Positions 11,154 to 23,744 of a DNA stretch of 64,000 bases are shown here, piece after piece. The position numbers and the translations under genes are program-made. The number at the start of each line of letters is the position of its first letter. The stretch's first letter is position 1. The notes below the pieces were generated by a model, which saw nothing but the letters and a program-made list of their open reading frames with translations, made no database searches and was not told where the DNA came from. The stretch is taken from positions 2,272,001 through 2,336,000 of the forward strand of contig OZ241869.1 of assembly GCA_965202805.1 (NCBI GenBank). The letters are read 5' to 3'. This stretch comes from Longimicrobiales bacterium. GTDB taxonomy: Bacteria; Gemmatimonadota; Gemmatimonadetes; Longimicrobiales; Gaopeijiaceae.

Positions 11154-11311
11154 GGGAACGCCGAGCGCAACTCGCGGGCAACGGCCGTCCGCCGGATCCC
11201 GCCTCCCCAGTCGAATTCGCCGAGCAACGCCCTGCCGGATCCCGCGTCCGCGGTCGAACTCGCCGATTGCCGCCTTGCCGGGTTCCGCCTGGCAGCCGGT
11301 TGGGCGGCTCC

Positions 11312-12562
11312 CTACGCCGCCTGCATGGAATCCAGGAACTCCCGGTTGGTTTCCGTGCGGTTCATGCGCTCGATCAGGAACTGGATGGCCTCGGCGACCG
11401 GCATGTTGGAGAGGAAGTTGCGCAGCAGGTACACCCGGTTGCGCTCGGTTTCGGTGAGCAGCAGCTCTTCCTTGCGGGTGCCGGACCGGTTGATGTCGAT
11501 GGCCGGGAAGACGCGTTTGTCGGAGATGTTGCGGTCGAGCACCAGTTCCATGTTGCCGGTGCCCTTGAACTCCTCGAAGATCACTTCGTCCATCCGGCTT
11601 CCGGTCTCGATCAGGGCGGTGGCGATGATGGTGAACGACCCGCCCCCCTCGATGTTGCGCGCGGCTCCGAAGAACCTCTTCGGCTTGTGCAGCGCGTTGG
11701 AGTCCACGCCCCCCGACAGGATCTTCCCGGAGTGCGGCACGGTGACGTTGTAGGCACGCGCCAGGCGGGTGATCGAGTCCAGCAGGATCACGACATCCCT
11801 GCCGTGCTCGACCAGCCTCTTGGCCTTCTCCAGCACCATCTCCGCGACCTGCGTGTGACGGTCCGCCGACTCGTCGAAGGTTGAGGCGATTACCTCGGCG
11901 TCGACGTTCTCCTCCATGTCGGTGACTTCCTCCGGCCGTTCATCGATGAGCAGCACGATCAGGTGCACCTCGGGGTGATTCTCGCTGATCGAGTTGGCCA
12001 CCTTCTGCAGCAGCATGGTCTTGCCCGCTTTCGGCGGGGAGGTGATCAGCCCCCGCTGCCCCTTGCCGATGGGAGCGACGAGGTCCACCACGCGCGTGGA
12101 CATGTCACCCCTGGAGCACTCCAGCCGCAGACGTTCGTCAGGATAGCGCGGACGCAGGTTGTCGAACGTCATCCGATGTCTGGCCCTGTCGGGCGGAGCG
12201 AAGTTGACGTTCTCGACCTTGAGCAGCGCCAAGTAGCGCTCACCCTCCTTGGGGGGGCGCACCTGACCCAGGATGGTATCGCCGGTGCGCAGGTCGAATC
12301 GCTTGATCTGCGAAGGACTTACGTAGATGTCGTCAGGGCCGTAGAGGTAGTTCCAGCTCTGCGAGCGCAGGAATCCGTAGCCCTCGGGGAGGATTTCAAG
12401 CACGCCTTCGCCGCGAAGCACGACATCGCTGTCGAGGAGCTTGTGTTCGATGCGAAAGATGAGATCCTGCTTCCGCAGCCCGGAATAGTTGGGGATGCGC
12501 AGTTCGCTTGCCAGCTCATGAAGCTCGCTGACCTTCTTGCTCTTGAGTTCGGCGATGTCCAA
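11312..12562 (-). CDS. rho: Transcription termination factor Rho
   Basis: [24 protein letters not shown], Walker [34 protein letters not shown] start inferred at (M)DIAELK. Confidence 0.97.
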   Translation of the reverse strand: MDIAELKSKKVSELHELASELRIPNYSGLRKQDLIFRIEHKLLDSDVVLRGEGVLEILPEGYGFLRSQSWNYLYGPDDIYVSPSQIKRFDLRTGDTILGQVRPPKEGERYLALLKVENVNFAPPDRARHRMTFDNLRPRYPDERLRLECSRGDMSTRVVDLVAPIGKGQRGLITSPPKAGKTMLLQKVANSISENHPEVHLIVLLIDERPEEVTDMEENVDAEVIASTFDESADRHTQVAEMVLEKAKRLVEHGRDVVILLDSITRLARAYNVTVPHSGKILSGGVDSNALHKPKRFFGAARNIEGGGSFTIIATALIETGSRMDEVIFEEFKGTGNMELVLDRNISDKRVFPAIDINRSGTRKEELLLTETERNRVYLLRNFLSNMPVAEAIQFLIERMNRTETNREFLDSMQAA

Positions 12563-12750
12563 GGGGAACTCCGATCGGAAAGGCGGGGGGCGCGACCGTG
12601 AACACGGCGGCGCTGGCAGGGTGGTGTCGGGCGGGCTGTGGGCGGGAGGCGAGCGGGAGGCGTTGAGGTGCTTGGGCGGGGCTTGCATCCTCGGTGGGTC
12701 GCCGGGATGTTAAGCGGGCCAATTCAGGGGGTCAAGGGATCGGAGGCGCC

Positions 12751-13110
12751 TTGCCGAGACACAACCGGGAGGGTCGGGGACGGGATCAGCGGGGCTTCCC
12801 CTATGCGATCAGCTACCAGCCCGACTGCCTGAGGCGCATCACGGTGACCCGTTGCCTGGCGTCGGGGAGGCAGTCCACGAAGACCCTCTTCCGCAATCCC
12901 GCTTCCTTCCGTCAGGCGTCTCCGGGGAAGCGGGTTCGCACCCGGATCACCTCGCCCGAGCAGGGCATCGACCTCGAGATTGCGGTAAGCGGCGCCCGGA
13001 CCTCGGTGACGCGTGTCCAGGTCGCGTGCCACCTGCCCTCCGGACATCCGGCGACCAGAGACGACGAGGTCGTCTTCACGCTGGAAAGCGGGCTCCCCCC
13101 TCCCCCGTAG
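12751..13110 (+). CDS. Hypothetical protein
   Basis: TTG start after GGAGG RBS; only plausible frame between rho and mlaE. Confidence 0.45.
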   Translation: MPRHNREGRGRDQRGFPYAISYQPDCLRRITVTRCLASGRQSTKTLFRNPASFRQASPGKRVRTRITSPEQGIDLEIAVSGARTSVTRVQVACHLPSGHPATRDDEVVFTLESGLPPPP

Positions 13111-13197
13111 AAGGGTACGCCGGACCGGGACATTTTCGGAGGCGAACGGAGTATCCGGAGTGACACCTGGACCCCGATTTCCTCTATCTTCAAGCAT

Positions 13198-13980
13198 ATG
13201 CCGGGCAAGACGCTGGATTTCGTCGGCGCCACTGGGCGCGCAGCCGTACGTTTCGCGGCGACGGTGGGCGAGTGGGGCGTCCTCATGCAGGACACCATCC
13301 GCGGCCTGCGCGCGGTCCGGATCTGGGGGAAGCTGGTCTTCGAACAGATGATGCGCATCGGCGTCGATTCGGTGCCCATCGCGCTCTTCATCGCCGCCTT
13401 CACCGGCATCGTGCTCGCGCTTCAGGCCTCCTACACCTTCACGGGGGCTGTTCCGGTCTACCTGGTGGGCAGCCTGGTGGGAAAGACCATGATCATCGAG
13501 CTGGGACCGGTGCTGACCGGGCTGGCGCTGGCCGGTCGCGTGGGGGCGAGCATCGCCGCGGAGCTGGGGACCATGCGGGTGACCGAGCAGATCGACGCGC
13601 TCGAGACCATGGCCTACGATCCGGCGGCGTACCTGGTGCTCCCCCGGGTGCTCGCGGGCGCGGTGATGTTCCCGGCGGTGACCCTGCTGGCGTCGGCACT
13701 GGGCATCGTGGCCGGCTGGCTGACCGCCATTCAGCTGCTGGACATGTCCACGCCCGAGTTCGTGCGGGGACTCGAGACCTTCTTCGTGCCCTTCGACGTG
13801 GTCTTTTCGGTGATCAAGTCGTTCTCGTTCGGTCTGGCGGTGACATCGCTGGGGTGCTTTTTCGGCTTCCGCACCCGTGGAGGCGCCGCGGGAGTGGGGC
13901 GCGCCGCCACTTCGGCCGTGGTCGCAAGCAGCATGGTTATCCTGGTGTTCGACGCCTTCTGGGCCGCCGTACTGCTGTGA
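13198..13980 (+). CDS. mlaE: MlaE-family ABC permease
   Basis: ELGPVLTGLALAGRVGASIAAELGTMRVTEQIDALE signature; GAAGVGRAATSAVV. Confidence 0.95.
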   Translation: MPGKTLDFVGATGRAAVRFAATVGEWGVLMQDTIRGLRAVRIWGKLVFEQMMRIGVDSVPIALFIAAFTGIVLALQASYTFTGAVPVYLVGSLVGKTMIIELGPVLTGLALAGRVGASIAAELGTMRVTEQIDALETMAYDPAAYLVLPRVLAGAVMFPAVTLLASALGIVAGWLTAIQLLDMSTPEFVRGLETFFVPFDVVFSVIKSFSFGLAVTSLGCFFGFRTRGGAAGVGRAATSAVVASSMVILVFDAFWAAVLL

Positions 13981-14723
13981 TCCGCCTGCGCGGCGTGCAC
14001 AAGGCGTTCGGCAGGAAAGTCGTGCTGGACGGCTTTGACCTGGACGTTCCCGAGGGGGATACGGTAGCGCTGATCGGCGCCTCCGGGGCGGGCAAGTCGG
14101 TCGTGCTGAAGCATATCGTGGGATTGCTCGCCGCCGACAGGGGAAGCGTGACCGTCGACGGTCACGAGGTTGGCGAACTGGAACAGGAGGCGTTGTACGC
14201 ACTGCGGCGCAGGGTTGGCTACGTCTTTCAGTTCGCGGCCCTCTTCGATTCCATGACGCTCGCGCACAACGTGGAGATGGGGCTGCGCCGGATGCCCGGC
14301 CTGAGTCGCCGGGATATCCGCAGAAGGGCCGCCGAGTGCCTGGAGCTTGTGGACCTGGGAGGATTGGGAGACCGTTATCCGGCGGAGATCTCCGGGGGGC
14401 AGCGCAAGAGAGCCGGGATCGCGCGTGCGATCGCGACCCGCCCCCGTTATCTGCTCTACGACGAGCCCACCACCGGACTCGATCCGGTGACGACGACTGT
14501 GATCGCCCGCCTGATCCTCAGGTTGCGGGAAGAGATCGGGGCCACCGGACTGGTAGTCACGCACGATCTCGGGACCGCTTACGAGGTGGCCGACTCCATG
14601 GCGTTCCTGCACAACGGGCGGGTGCGGGCCCATGGCGCGCCGGGTGAAATCCGGCTCTCCCGGGATCCCGTGGTCAGGTCGTTCATCGAAGGGGCTCCGG
14701 AACTGATGGAGGCGATGGCATGA
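13977..14723 (+). CDS. mlaF: MlaF-family ABC ATPase
   Basis: GASGAGKS, FQFAALFDS, ISGGQRKRAGIARA, YDEPTTGLDP; GTGA overlap with mlaE stop. Confidence 0.93.
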   Translation: MIRLRGVHKAFGRKVVLDGFDLDVPEGDTVALIGASGAGKSVVLKHIVGLLAADRGSVTVDGHEVGELEQEALYALRRRVGYVFQFAALFDSMTLAHNVEMGLRRMPGLSRRDIRRRAAECLELVDLGGLGDRYPAEISGGQRKRAGIARAIATRPRYLLYDEPTTGLDPVTTTVIARLILRLREEIGATGLVVTHDLGTAYEVADSMAFLHNGRVRAHGAPGEIRLSRDPVVRSFIEGAPELMEAMA

Positions 14724-15706
14724 GACGCAATGAGGTGTGGGTCGGGTCCGTCATCCTGCTGAGCGTCGTGGTCGCGGTGGCGGGCAGTTTCTGGCTGCGC
14801 GGGTACCGCCTGACGCGGGGCACGACCACGGTCGAGGCGCTCTTCAGCGGCGTGGGGCAGCTCATGGACGGCGCCTCGGTGAAGCTGCGCGGCGTGACCA
14901 TCGGGCGAGTAGACGGTATCGCCGTGGAGCCGGACGGGACCGCGGTGCGGGTGGGGCTCGCCATCAACACCGACGTGGAGTTGCCCGCCGACGCCGCGGT
15001 GCTCATCGCCCCCGAATCGATGTTCGGCGACTGGGGCGCGGAGATCGTGTCGCGATCCGCCAACCCGCGCCTCGACTTCTTCGAGCCTTCGGACTCCGGC
15101 GTATTGCCCGGCTTCAGCATCCCCGACCTGTCCCGCCTCACCGCCACCGCCGACCAGATCGCCGACAACCTGGCCACCATCACCGACCGGGTCGAGGTCG
15201 CCTTTACCCAGGAGACCGCCGAGAACCTGAGGCTGGTGATCGAGAACGTCGGCAGAGTCAGCGAGCAGGTGGCGGAGCTCGCCGACGCCCAGATCGGGGC
15301 GGTGGAAGAGCTGGTCGAGAACGTTCGCACCTCCACCGGCGAGGTCCAGGAGGCGGCGGCGCTGGCGACCCGTACGCTCGCCGAGGTGGAGAGGCTGCTC
15401 ACGGGCGGCGTCGTGGATTCCATCGTGGGCGACACCCGCGTCACCGCTGCCGAGTTCCGGCAGTTGGCCACCGATCTGCGCGAGACCACGACCGGGCTCG
15501 CGACCACGCTGCAGTTCGCCGACTCCACCTTCGTCCGCTTCGAGCGCATCGGACGCGAGCTGGAGACCGGGGAGGGGACGCTGGCCCAACTCCTGGCCGA
15601 CTCCACGGTTGCCGTCCAGACGCAGTCCGTGCTCATGCAGCTCAGCCTGCTGCTCGAGGACTTCCGCGAAAACCCGGGGCGCTACGTGCGCCTGTCCATC
15701 TTCTGA
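14720..15706 (+). CDS. mlaD: MlaD/MCE domain protein
   Basis: N-terminal TM anchor, G-SVKLRGV-IGRV MCE motif, helical tail ending ENPGRYVRLSIF. Confidence 0.9.
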   Translation: MRRNEVWVGSVILLSVVVAVAGSFWLRGYRLTRGTTTVEALFSGVGQLMDGASVKLRGVTIGRVDGIAVEPDGTAVRVGLAINTDVELPADAAVLIAPESMFGDWGAEIVSRSANPRLDFFEPSDSGVLPGFSIPDLSRLTATADQIADNLATITDRVEVAFTQETAENLRLVIENVGRVSEQVAELADAQIGAVEELVENVRTSTGEVQEAAALATRTLAEVERLLTGGVVDSIVGDTRVTAAEFRQLATDLRETTTGLATTLQFADSTFVRFERIGRELETGEGTLAQLLADSTVAVQTQSVLMQLSLLLEDFRENPGRYVRLSIF

Positions 15707-15708
15707 CG

Positions 15709-16713
15709 ATGAAGGACATCGTCGACCTGACCATCATCGGCGGAGGCCCGACCGGCCTCTTCGGCGCCTTCTACGCCGGGATGCGCGGGATGACCTGCCG
15801 CATCGTCGACTCGCTGCCCGAGCTGGGAGGGCAGCTCACCGCACTCTATCCCGAAAAATTCATTTTCGACGTGGGCGGCTTCCCGAAGGTGCGCGCCAAG
15901 AACCTGGCCCGGGAGCTGGTGGACCAGGGGCTGCAGTTCGGCGCCGAAGTGGTTCTGGACGAGGAGGTGCGCGGGCTCCGGGAGGAGGACGGCGTCTTCG
16001 TGCTCGAGGGCGCCTCGGCGGAGTACCGCACCCGCACGGTGCTGATCGCCGGCGGCAAGGGCGCCTTCGAACCCATGGTGCTGAAGTGCCCCGGCTACGA
16101 GGAACTGCTGGGCCGGGGGGTCGAGTACTCGGTGCGCGATCCCGAGGTCTATCGGGGAAAGCGGGTCGTGATCGTCGGAGGAGGCGATTCCGCCCTGGAC
16201 TGGGCACTCATCCTGAAGGACATCGTCGAGCGGCTGGTCGTCGTGCACAGACGCGCCGTATTCCGGGCCCACGAGACATCCGTCGTCCACCTCCACGAGG
16301 CGGCCGAAGCGGGCGAACTGGACCTCAGGATCTTCTGGGAAGTGCGCGAGATCCGCGGCAACGGGAGGGTCGAAGGCTGCACCATCTTCGACAACCGAAG
16401 CGATGCGGAGGAGTCCTTCGAGGCGGATGCGGTGCTGACGTTCCTGGGCTTCAAACCGGACCTGGGGCCGATCAGGAGCTGGGGACTCGAAGTAGACAAG
16501 AAGCGTATTGTGGTCGGCCAGTTGATGGAGACGAGCTGGCCGGGCGTCTACGCCGCCGGGGACCTGGTCAGCTACCCGGGCAAGCTCGACCTCATCGCCA
16601 CCGGCTTTGCCGAGGCGGCAATCGCCGTGAACAACGCGATTCGCCGGGTGGACCCGAAGGCGCGCGTGAACCCCGGGCACTCGACCAACCTCAAGATCTT
16701 CAAGGACAAGTAG
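15709..16713 (+). CDS. Ferredoxin-NADP+ reductase (TrxR-type, YumC-like)
   Basis: [37 protein letters not shown], no CxxC, C-terminal PGHST. Confidence 0.88.
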   Translation: MKDIVDLTIIGGGPTGLFGAFYAGMRGMTCRIVDSLPELGGQLTALYPEKFIFDVGGFPKVRAKNLARELVDQGLQFGAEVVLDEEVRGLREEDGVFVLEGASAEYRTRTVLIAGGKGAFEPMVLKCPGYEELLGRGVEYSVRDPEVYRGKRVVIVGGGDSALDWALILKDIVERLVVVHRRAVFRAHETSVVHLHEAAEAGELDLRIFWEVREIRGNGRVEGCTIFDNRSDAEESFEADAVLTFLGFKPDLGPIRSWGLEVDKKRIVVGQLMETSWPGVYAAGDLVSYPGKLDLIATGFAEAAIAVNNAIRRVDPKARVNPGHSTNLKIFKDK

Positions 16714-16759
16714 CCGACACCCTGCTGCGGGTTTTCGGTTTTCGAATACAGGAAAAGGG

Positions 16760-17749
16760 ATGAAGATGACAGCAAAGCACGAACGGGTCGTGATCATCGG
16801 GTCCGGGCCGGCCGCATGGACGGCGGCCATCTACGCGGCGCGGGCCGCGCTTTCGCCGCTCGTCGTGGAGGGTGCCGGCAGCCGCACCATGATCCCCGGT
16901 GGACAGCTCATGTTCACGACCGATGTCGAGAACTACCCCGGGTTCCCGAAGGGCGTGACCGGCCCCGAGATGATGGACGCCTTCCGCGCGCAGGCGCTGC
17001 GCTTCGACACGCGCGTGATCACCGATGACATCGTGGAGGTGGAGCTGGTCCGTCAACCCAAGCGCCTGGTGACCGGGCGGGGCGACGAGCTCCTGACAGA
17101 CTCGGTGATCGTGGCCACCGGCGCCAACGCACGCTGGCTCGGGGTTCCCAACGAGGAGCGCCTGGCCCAGAGCGGGGGCGGCGTGTCCGCGTGCGCCGTG
17201 TGCGACGGGGCGCTTCCGTACTTCCGCGGCCAGGTCGTGGCCGTGGTCGGCGGCGGCGACAGCGCCATCGAGGACGCCACCTACATGGCGAAATTCGCGG
17301 GCCGCGTGATCGTGATTCATCGGCGCGACCGGCTGCGCGCCTCGGCGATCATGCAGCAGCGCGCCTTCGACAACGAGAAGATCGAGTTCCTGTGGAACAA
17401 GGTGGTGACCGAGGTGCTGGGCGACGAGGTGATCACCGGGCTGCGGCTGAGGGACACGGTCACGGGGGAGGAAAGCACGCTCGAGGCGGGCGGGATGTTC
17501 GTCGCCATCGGCCACATCCCCAACACGGGGTTTCTGAACGGCCAGGTTGAACTCAAGGCGAACGGCTACATCGAGCTGCCCACCGCGTGGCGGACGGAGA
17601 CCTCCCTGCCCGGCGTGTTCGCCGCCGGCGACGTCATGGACGACTACTACCGCCAGGCGGTGAGCGCCGCGGGGACGGGCTGCATGGCCGCCCTGGACGC
17701 CGAGCGCTGGCTGGCGCACGGGGGCCCGGCGGAAAACGGCGCCTCGTAG
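16760..17749 (+). CDS. trxB: Thioredoxin-disulfide reductase
   Basis: [28 protein letters not shown], redox [19 protein letters not shown]. Confidence 0.96.
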   Translation: MKMTAKHERVVIIGSGPAAWTAAIYAARAALSPLVVEGAGSRTMIPGGQLMFTTDVENYPGFPKGVTGPEMMDAFRAQALRFDTRVITDDIVEVELVRQPKRLVTGRGDELLTDSVIVATGANARWLGVPNEERLAQSGGGVSACAVCDGALPYFRGQVVAVVGGGDSAIEDATYMAKFAGRVIVIHRRDRLRASAIMQQRAFDNEKIEFLWNKVVTEVLGDEVITGLRLRDTVTGEESTLEAGGMFVAIGHIPNTGFLNGQVELKANGYIELPTAWRTETSLPGVFAAGDVMDDYYRQAVSAAGTGCMAALDAERWLAHGGPAENGAS

Positions 17750-17816
17750 CGGGCGGGGCCGTGCCCGGGACCGACGGCGGCCCGGCGTTCGCCGACGCCG
17801 GATTCTCCTTTGGGCG

Positions 17817-18620
17817 TCAGGTGGCGGCGTGCGCGCCCCCGTCCACCACGACCACCTCGCCGGTCATGAAGGGCGAGCGGTCGAGAAACACCACCGTGCG
17901 TGCGACGTCCCCGGGTGATCCCCAGCCGCCCAGGGGGATGCGCGCGGCGGCGGCCCGGATGGCTTCCGGGGAGGCGTCCTCCTCGGGGAGCACGGAACCG
18001 GGCGCGATCGCGTTGACCCGCACGCGGGGGGCCAGCGCCCGGGCCGCCACCCGGGTGAGGTGGGCGAGCGCGGCCTTGGAGACCGAGTGGTGGGGGTAGC
18101 GCAACCACGGCCTCAGCGCCGACAGGTCGACGATGTTGACCACGTTGCCCCGGCTGGCTGCGAGCGCCGCCGCGGTGGCCTGGATGAGCAGGAAGGGCGC
18201 CTTCAGGTTGACCGCCATCACCTGGTCCCACTCCTCCTCGCCGACCTGGTCGAACGGCGTGGCGAAGAAGGTGGAGGCATTGTTGACCAGCAGGTCGAGG
18301 CGCCCCCACGCGGTGGTCGCGGCCGCGGCCAGCTGCCGCGTGCCGGCGCTGGTGGAAAGGTCGGCCCGGACGGCGAGGGCACGCCGCCCCCCGCCCTCCA
18401 CCTCCGCCACGACCTCGCGCGCGGCGGCGGCGGATCCGTGGTATCCGACCACCACGTCGAGGCCCGCATCCGCCAGGGCCAGGGTGATGGCGCGCCCGAC
18501 GCGCACCGCTCCGCCCGTCACCAGAGCCACCCTGTTCCCGGGGCGCGGGGCGTCGTTTTCGGTGGGCGCGCGGCCGGTCGCGGACGGCTTTGGACCGCCC
18601 GTGGAGGGGGAGTCGTTCAC
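17817..18620 (-). CDS. SDR oxidoreductase, pteridine reductase-like
   Basis: LVTGGAVRVG, LVNNAS, SKAAL, VRVNAIAPG, VDGG; start uncertain. Confidence 0.85.
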   Translation of the reverse strand: MNDSPSTGGPKPSATGRAPTENDAPRPGNRVALVTGGAVRVGRAITLALADAGLDVVVGYHGSAAAAREVVAEVEGGGRRALAVRADLSTSAGTRQLAAAATTAWGRLDLLVNNASTFFATPFDQVGEEEWDQVMAVNLKAPFLLIQATAAALAASRGNVVNIVDLSALRPWLRYPHHSVSKAALAHLTRVAARALAPRVRVNAIAPGSVLPEEDASPEAIRAAAARIPLGGWGSPGDVARTVVFLDRSPFMTGEVVVVDGGAHAAT

Positions 18621-18745
18621 CGGTGTCGGACCCCCCTTTTCCTCCGGGCCGCGCGAGGCCACCATTCGAGTCTGCGGACGCCCGCAAAGGGCGCCCTGAA
18701 GGAACCCGGAGAAGCTACAGGAGCCCGCAGCAGGCGGCAAACGAG

Positions 18746-19474
18746 ATGAGCGGAGCCAACAAACCGGCCGGAAGAGCGTGCGTCGTCACGGGGAGCACGC
18801 GCGGCATCGGCCTGAAGATCGCGCGGGCTCTCGCGCGGGACGGGGCCGACGTCGCGGTGAGCTCCAGAAGCGCCGCGGACGTGCATCGCGTGGCGGCCGA
18901 GGTGGACGCACTGGGTCACGGGCGCACGACCGGGATCGCCTGCGACGTGCGCGATGCGGAGGCCTGCGGACGGTTGATCGATTCCGCGGCCGAGCGTTTC
19001 GGGCGGCTGGACGTCCTTGTGAACAACGCCGGCTGGGGCCGCTTCGCTCCCATCGACCAGCTCTCCCTCGACGACTGGCGCCTGCAGATCGACACCAACC
19101 TCGGGGGCGTGTTCTACTGCTCCCGGGCCGCCGTGCCCCATCTGGCGGCCGGCGGCGGCGGCTGGATCATCAACATCGGCTCGCTCGCCGGGCGGCACGC
19201 CTTCGCCGGCGGAACGGGGTACAATGCCAGCAAGTTCGGCCTGCTCGGCATGACCGAGGCCATGATGCTCGACCTGCGCCACCGCAACATCCGCGTAAGC
19301 CTCATCATGCCCGGGAGCGTCAACACCGGCTTCCGCGGCCAGTCCGCCACGCACGACTGGAAGCTGGACGGGAGCGATGTCGCCCGGGCGGTGACGGACC
19401 TGCTGGCCTATCCCGGGCGCGCCCTCCCCAGCCGGATCGAGCTTAGGCCCAGCCGTCCCGGGCGGAAGCAATGA
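18746..19474 (+). CDS. SDR family oxidoreductase
   Basis: VTGSTRGIG, LVNNAG, catalytic YNASK. Confidence 0.92.
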   Translation: MSGANKPAGRACVVTGSTRGIGLKIARALARDGADVAVSSRSAADVHRVAAEVDALGHGRTTGIACDVRDAEACGRLIDSAAERFGRLDVLVNNAGWGRFAPIDQLSLDDWRLQIDTNLGGVFYCSRAAVPHLAAGGGGWIINIGSLAGRHAFAGGTGYNASKFGLLGMTEAMMLDLRHRNIRVSLIMPGSVNTGFRGQSATHDWKLDGSDVARAVTDLLAYPGRALPSRIELRPSRPGRKQ

Positions 19475-19533
19475 CGGCGGGCGGCACGGGTGAGTCACAT
19501 GGCGAGTCAGATTGAATCGCGGGGAGCCGCCGC

Positions 19534-20505
19534 ATGAAGCGGGCTCTGGTGGTCGGGGCCGGCGGCCAGGTCGGCACCGAGCTGGTTGCGGCGCTCCGCG
19601 GCCTGTACGGGCAGGAGAACGTGCTCGCGACGGACCTGCGCCGGGAAGCCGCGGCGACGCTGGGCGGACCCTGTGCGCCCCTCGACTGCACGGACGGGGA
19701 AGCCGTGCTGGCGGCGATGCGCCGCTTCCGTCCGGACATCGTCTTCCACCTCGCCGCGCTGTTGTCGGTAACGGGCGAGGCGCGCCCGAGGCTGGCGTAC
19801 CGCGTCAACCTGGGCGGGCTGCTCAACGTCCTCGAGGCCGCGCGCGGGGAGGGCCCGGCCGTCTTCTTCGCGAGCACGATCGCCAGCTTCGGCCCCTCCA
19901 TCCCGCTCGATGTGGTACCGCAGGACGCGGCCCAGCGGCCCACCACCATGTACGGCATCACCAAGGCCGCGGGAGAGATGATCTGCGACTACTACCACCT
20001 GCGCTTCGACGTCGACACCCGCGGCCTGCGCTTTCCGGGGCTGATCTCCCACATGGCCGAACCCGGAGGCGGCACCACCGACTACGCCGTGGAGGCTCTT
20101 CGGGGCGCGGTGGCGCACGGCGCCTACACCTGCCCGCTGCGCGCGGACACGCAACTGGACATGATGTACATGCCGGACGCCATCCGGGCCGCGATCGAGC
20201 TGATGCAGGCCGACCCGTCGCGGCTGACGCACCGCAACGCCTGCAACGTCACCGCCATGCAGTTCACGCCACGAGCGCTCGCGAAGGAAATCAAGCGCCA
20301 CCTGCCGCACTTCCGCATGGACTGCCGTGTGGATCCTCTGCGGCAGTCCATCGCCGACTCCTGGCCCCGGCGCATCGACGACTCCGTCGCACGGGAGGAG
20401 TGGGGCTGGAGGGAGGAGTACGATCTCGCCGCCATGACCGCCGACATGATCGCCAACCTCCGGCGGCCGGAATCCGCGTCCGCCGCATTCCCAACCACCG
20501 TCTGA
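19534..20505 (+). CDS. L-threonine 3-dehydrogenase (NAD-dependent epimerase/SDR type)
   Basis: GAGGQVG, HLAALLS, PTTMYGITK, PGGGTTDYAV; adjacent to kbl. Confidence 0.88.
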   Translation: MKRALVVGAGGQVGTELVAALRGLYGQENVLATDLRREAAATLGGPCAPLDCTDGEAVLAAMRRFRPDIVFHLAALLSVTGEARPRLAYRVNLGGLLNVLEAARGEGPAVFFASTIASFGPSIPLDVVPQDAAQRPTTMYGITKAAGEMICDYYHLRFDVDTRGLRFPGLISHMAEPGGGTTDYAVEALRGAVAHGAYTCPLRADTQLDMMYMPDAIRAAIELMQADPSRLTHRNACNVTAMQFTPRALAKEIKRHLPHFRMDCRVDPLRQSIADSWPRRIDDSVAREEWGWREEYDLAAMTADMIANLRRPESASAAFPTTV

Positions 20506-20530
20506 CCGCCCTGGACGCCCCGGAGACCCC

Positions 20531-21765
20531 ATGCCCGTCGACCGCCTGACCGACGTACTGGACGGCCACGTCCGCGAACTCGAACGGAAGGGCACCGCCA
20601 AGGGCGCGGAAGCCGTGGTCACGGCGGTGGAGATGCCGCGCGGGGAACGCGGTCCCCGGGTACGGCTCGAGGGCGAGGGCGAACGTCCCTTCATCCGCCT
20701 CAACTCCAACTCCTACCTGGGGATGGGCCTGCGGTCCGACGTCATCGCGGCGGAGGAAGCCGAGGCGCGGGCATCGGGGGCCGGTCCGGGGGCGGTGCGC
20801 TTCATCAGCGGAACCTACGCCGCGCACGTGAAACTGGAGCGCCGGCTGGCCCGCTTCCACGGGCGCCAGGAGGCCATGCTCTTCTCCTCGGCCTACGCCG
20901 CGGTGGTGGGTTGCCTGGTCCCGCTCATCGACCCGGAGACCGCGCTCATCTCCGACGAGCTGAACCACAACTCCATCATCAACGCGGTCCGGCTCGCACG
21001 TCCCCTGTCGAAGGTGGTGTACCCGCACCTCGACATGCGCGCGCTGGACCGGGCCCTCGCGCGGGCGGCCGGAAAGGCCCGCCGCGCCATCGTGGTCACC
21101 GACGGCATCTTCAGCATGCGCGGCGTGCACGCGCCCGTGGACGAGATCATGGAGATCGCCCGCGGCCACGACCGCAACTTCCCCGAGAACGTGGTGGTGG
21201 TGCTCGACGACTCCCACGGCGTGGGCGCCGTCGGCGCCACCGGGCGGGGCACGGAAGAGTACACAGGCTCCCCTCCGGTGGATGTCCTGGTGGCCACCCT
21301 GGGGAAGGCGCTCGGGGTCAACGGCGGCTACGTGGCCACCAACGCCTCGCTGGTGCGCTATCTGCGCGAGAGCGCCCCGTTCTACATCTACTCCAACCCG
21401 ATCACGCCCGGGGAGGCGAGGGCCGCGCTGAAGGCGCTCGAGATTCTCGACAGCGAGGAGGGACTGCGGTTGCTGGGGCGCCTGCGCGCGCTCACCCGGC
21501 GCTTCGAGGATGGCCTGGTGCGGCTCGGCATCGAGGTGCTGAAGGGGGAGCACCCCGTGGTTCCGCTGATGATCCGCGACACGGCGCGCACGCATGAACT
21601 CGTGCGCCATCTGCGCGACCATGGTATCCTGGCCACCGGTCTGGCCTTTCCGGTGGTGCCGCGCGGAGACGAGGAGATTCGCGCCCAGATCAACGCCGAC
21701 CACACCGGGGCCGACATCGACTACGTGCTGGAAGTGCTGGCGAATCGTCCGGGAGCGGGGGGTAG

Positions 21766-21769
<4 letters not shown>
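20531..21769 (+). CDS. kbl: Glycine C-acetyltransferase (2-amino-3-ketobutyrate CoA ligase)
   Basis: [37 protein letters not shown] Lys in TLGKALG; follows threonine dehydrogenase. Confidence 0.88.
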
Positions 21770-23625
<1,856 letters not shown>

Positions 23626-23706
23626 GGGCTTTCGGCCGTGCACCGGCGCATCAATTGGACGATACGCCCGGCACGAGGAGTACCGAAGAGCGTGTGTCCG
23701 TAAAAC

Positions 23707-23735
23707 TACTTGTGGTTCTACAAGTAATATTGTAG
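23707..23735. promoter_or_regulatory. Overlapping inverted repeats (putative operator/enhancer) upstream of the sigma54 regulator
   Basis: TACTTGT(23707-13)/ACAAGTA(23720-26) and CTACAA(23718-23)-N6-TTGTAG(23730-35) in an AT-rich patch. Confidence 0.55.
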
Positions 23736-23744
23736 TCTGGGGAG

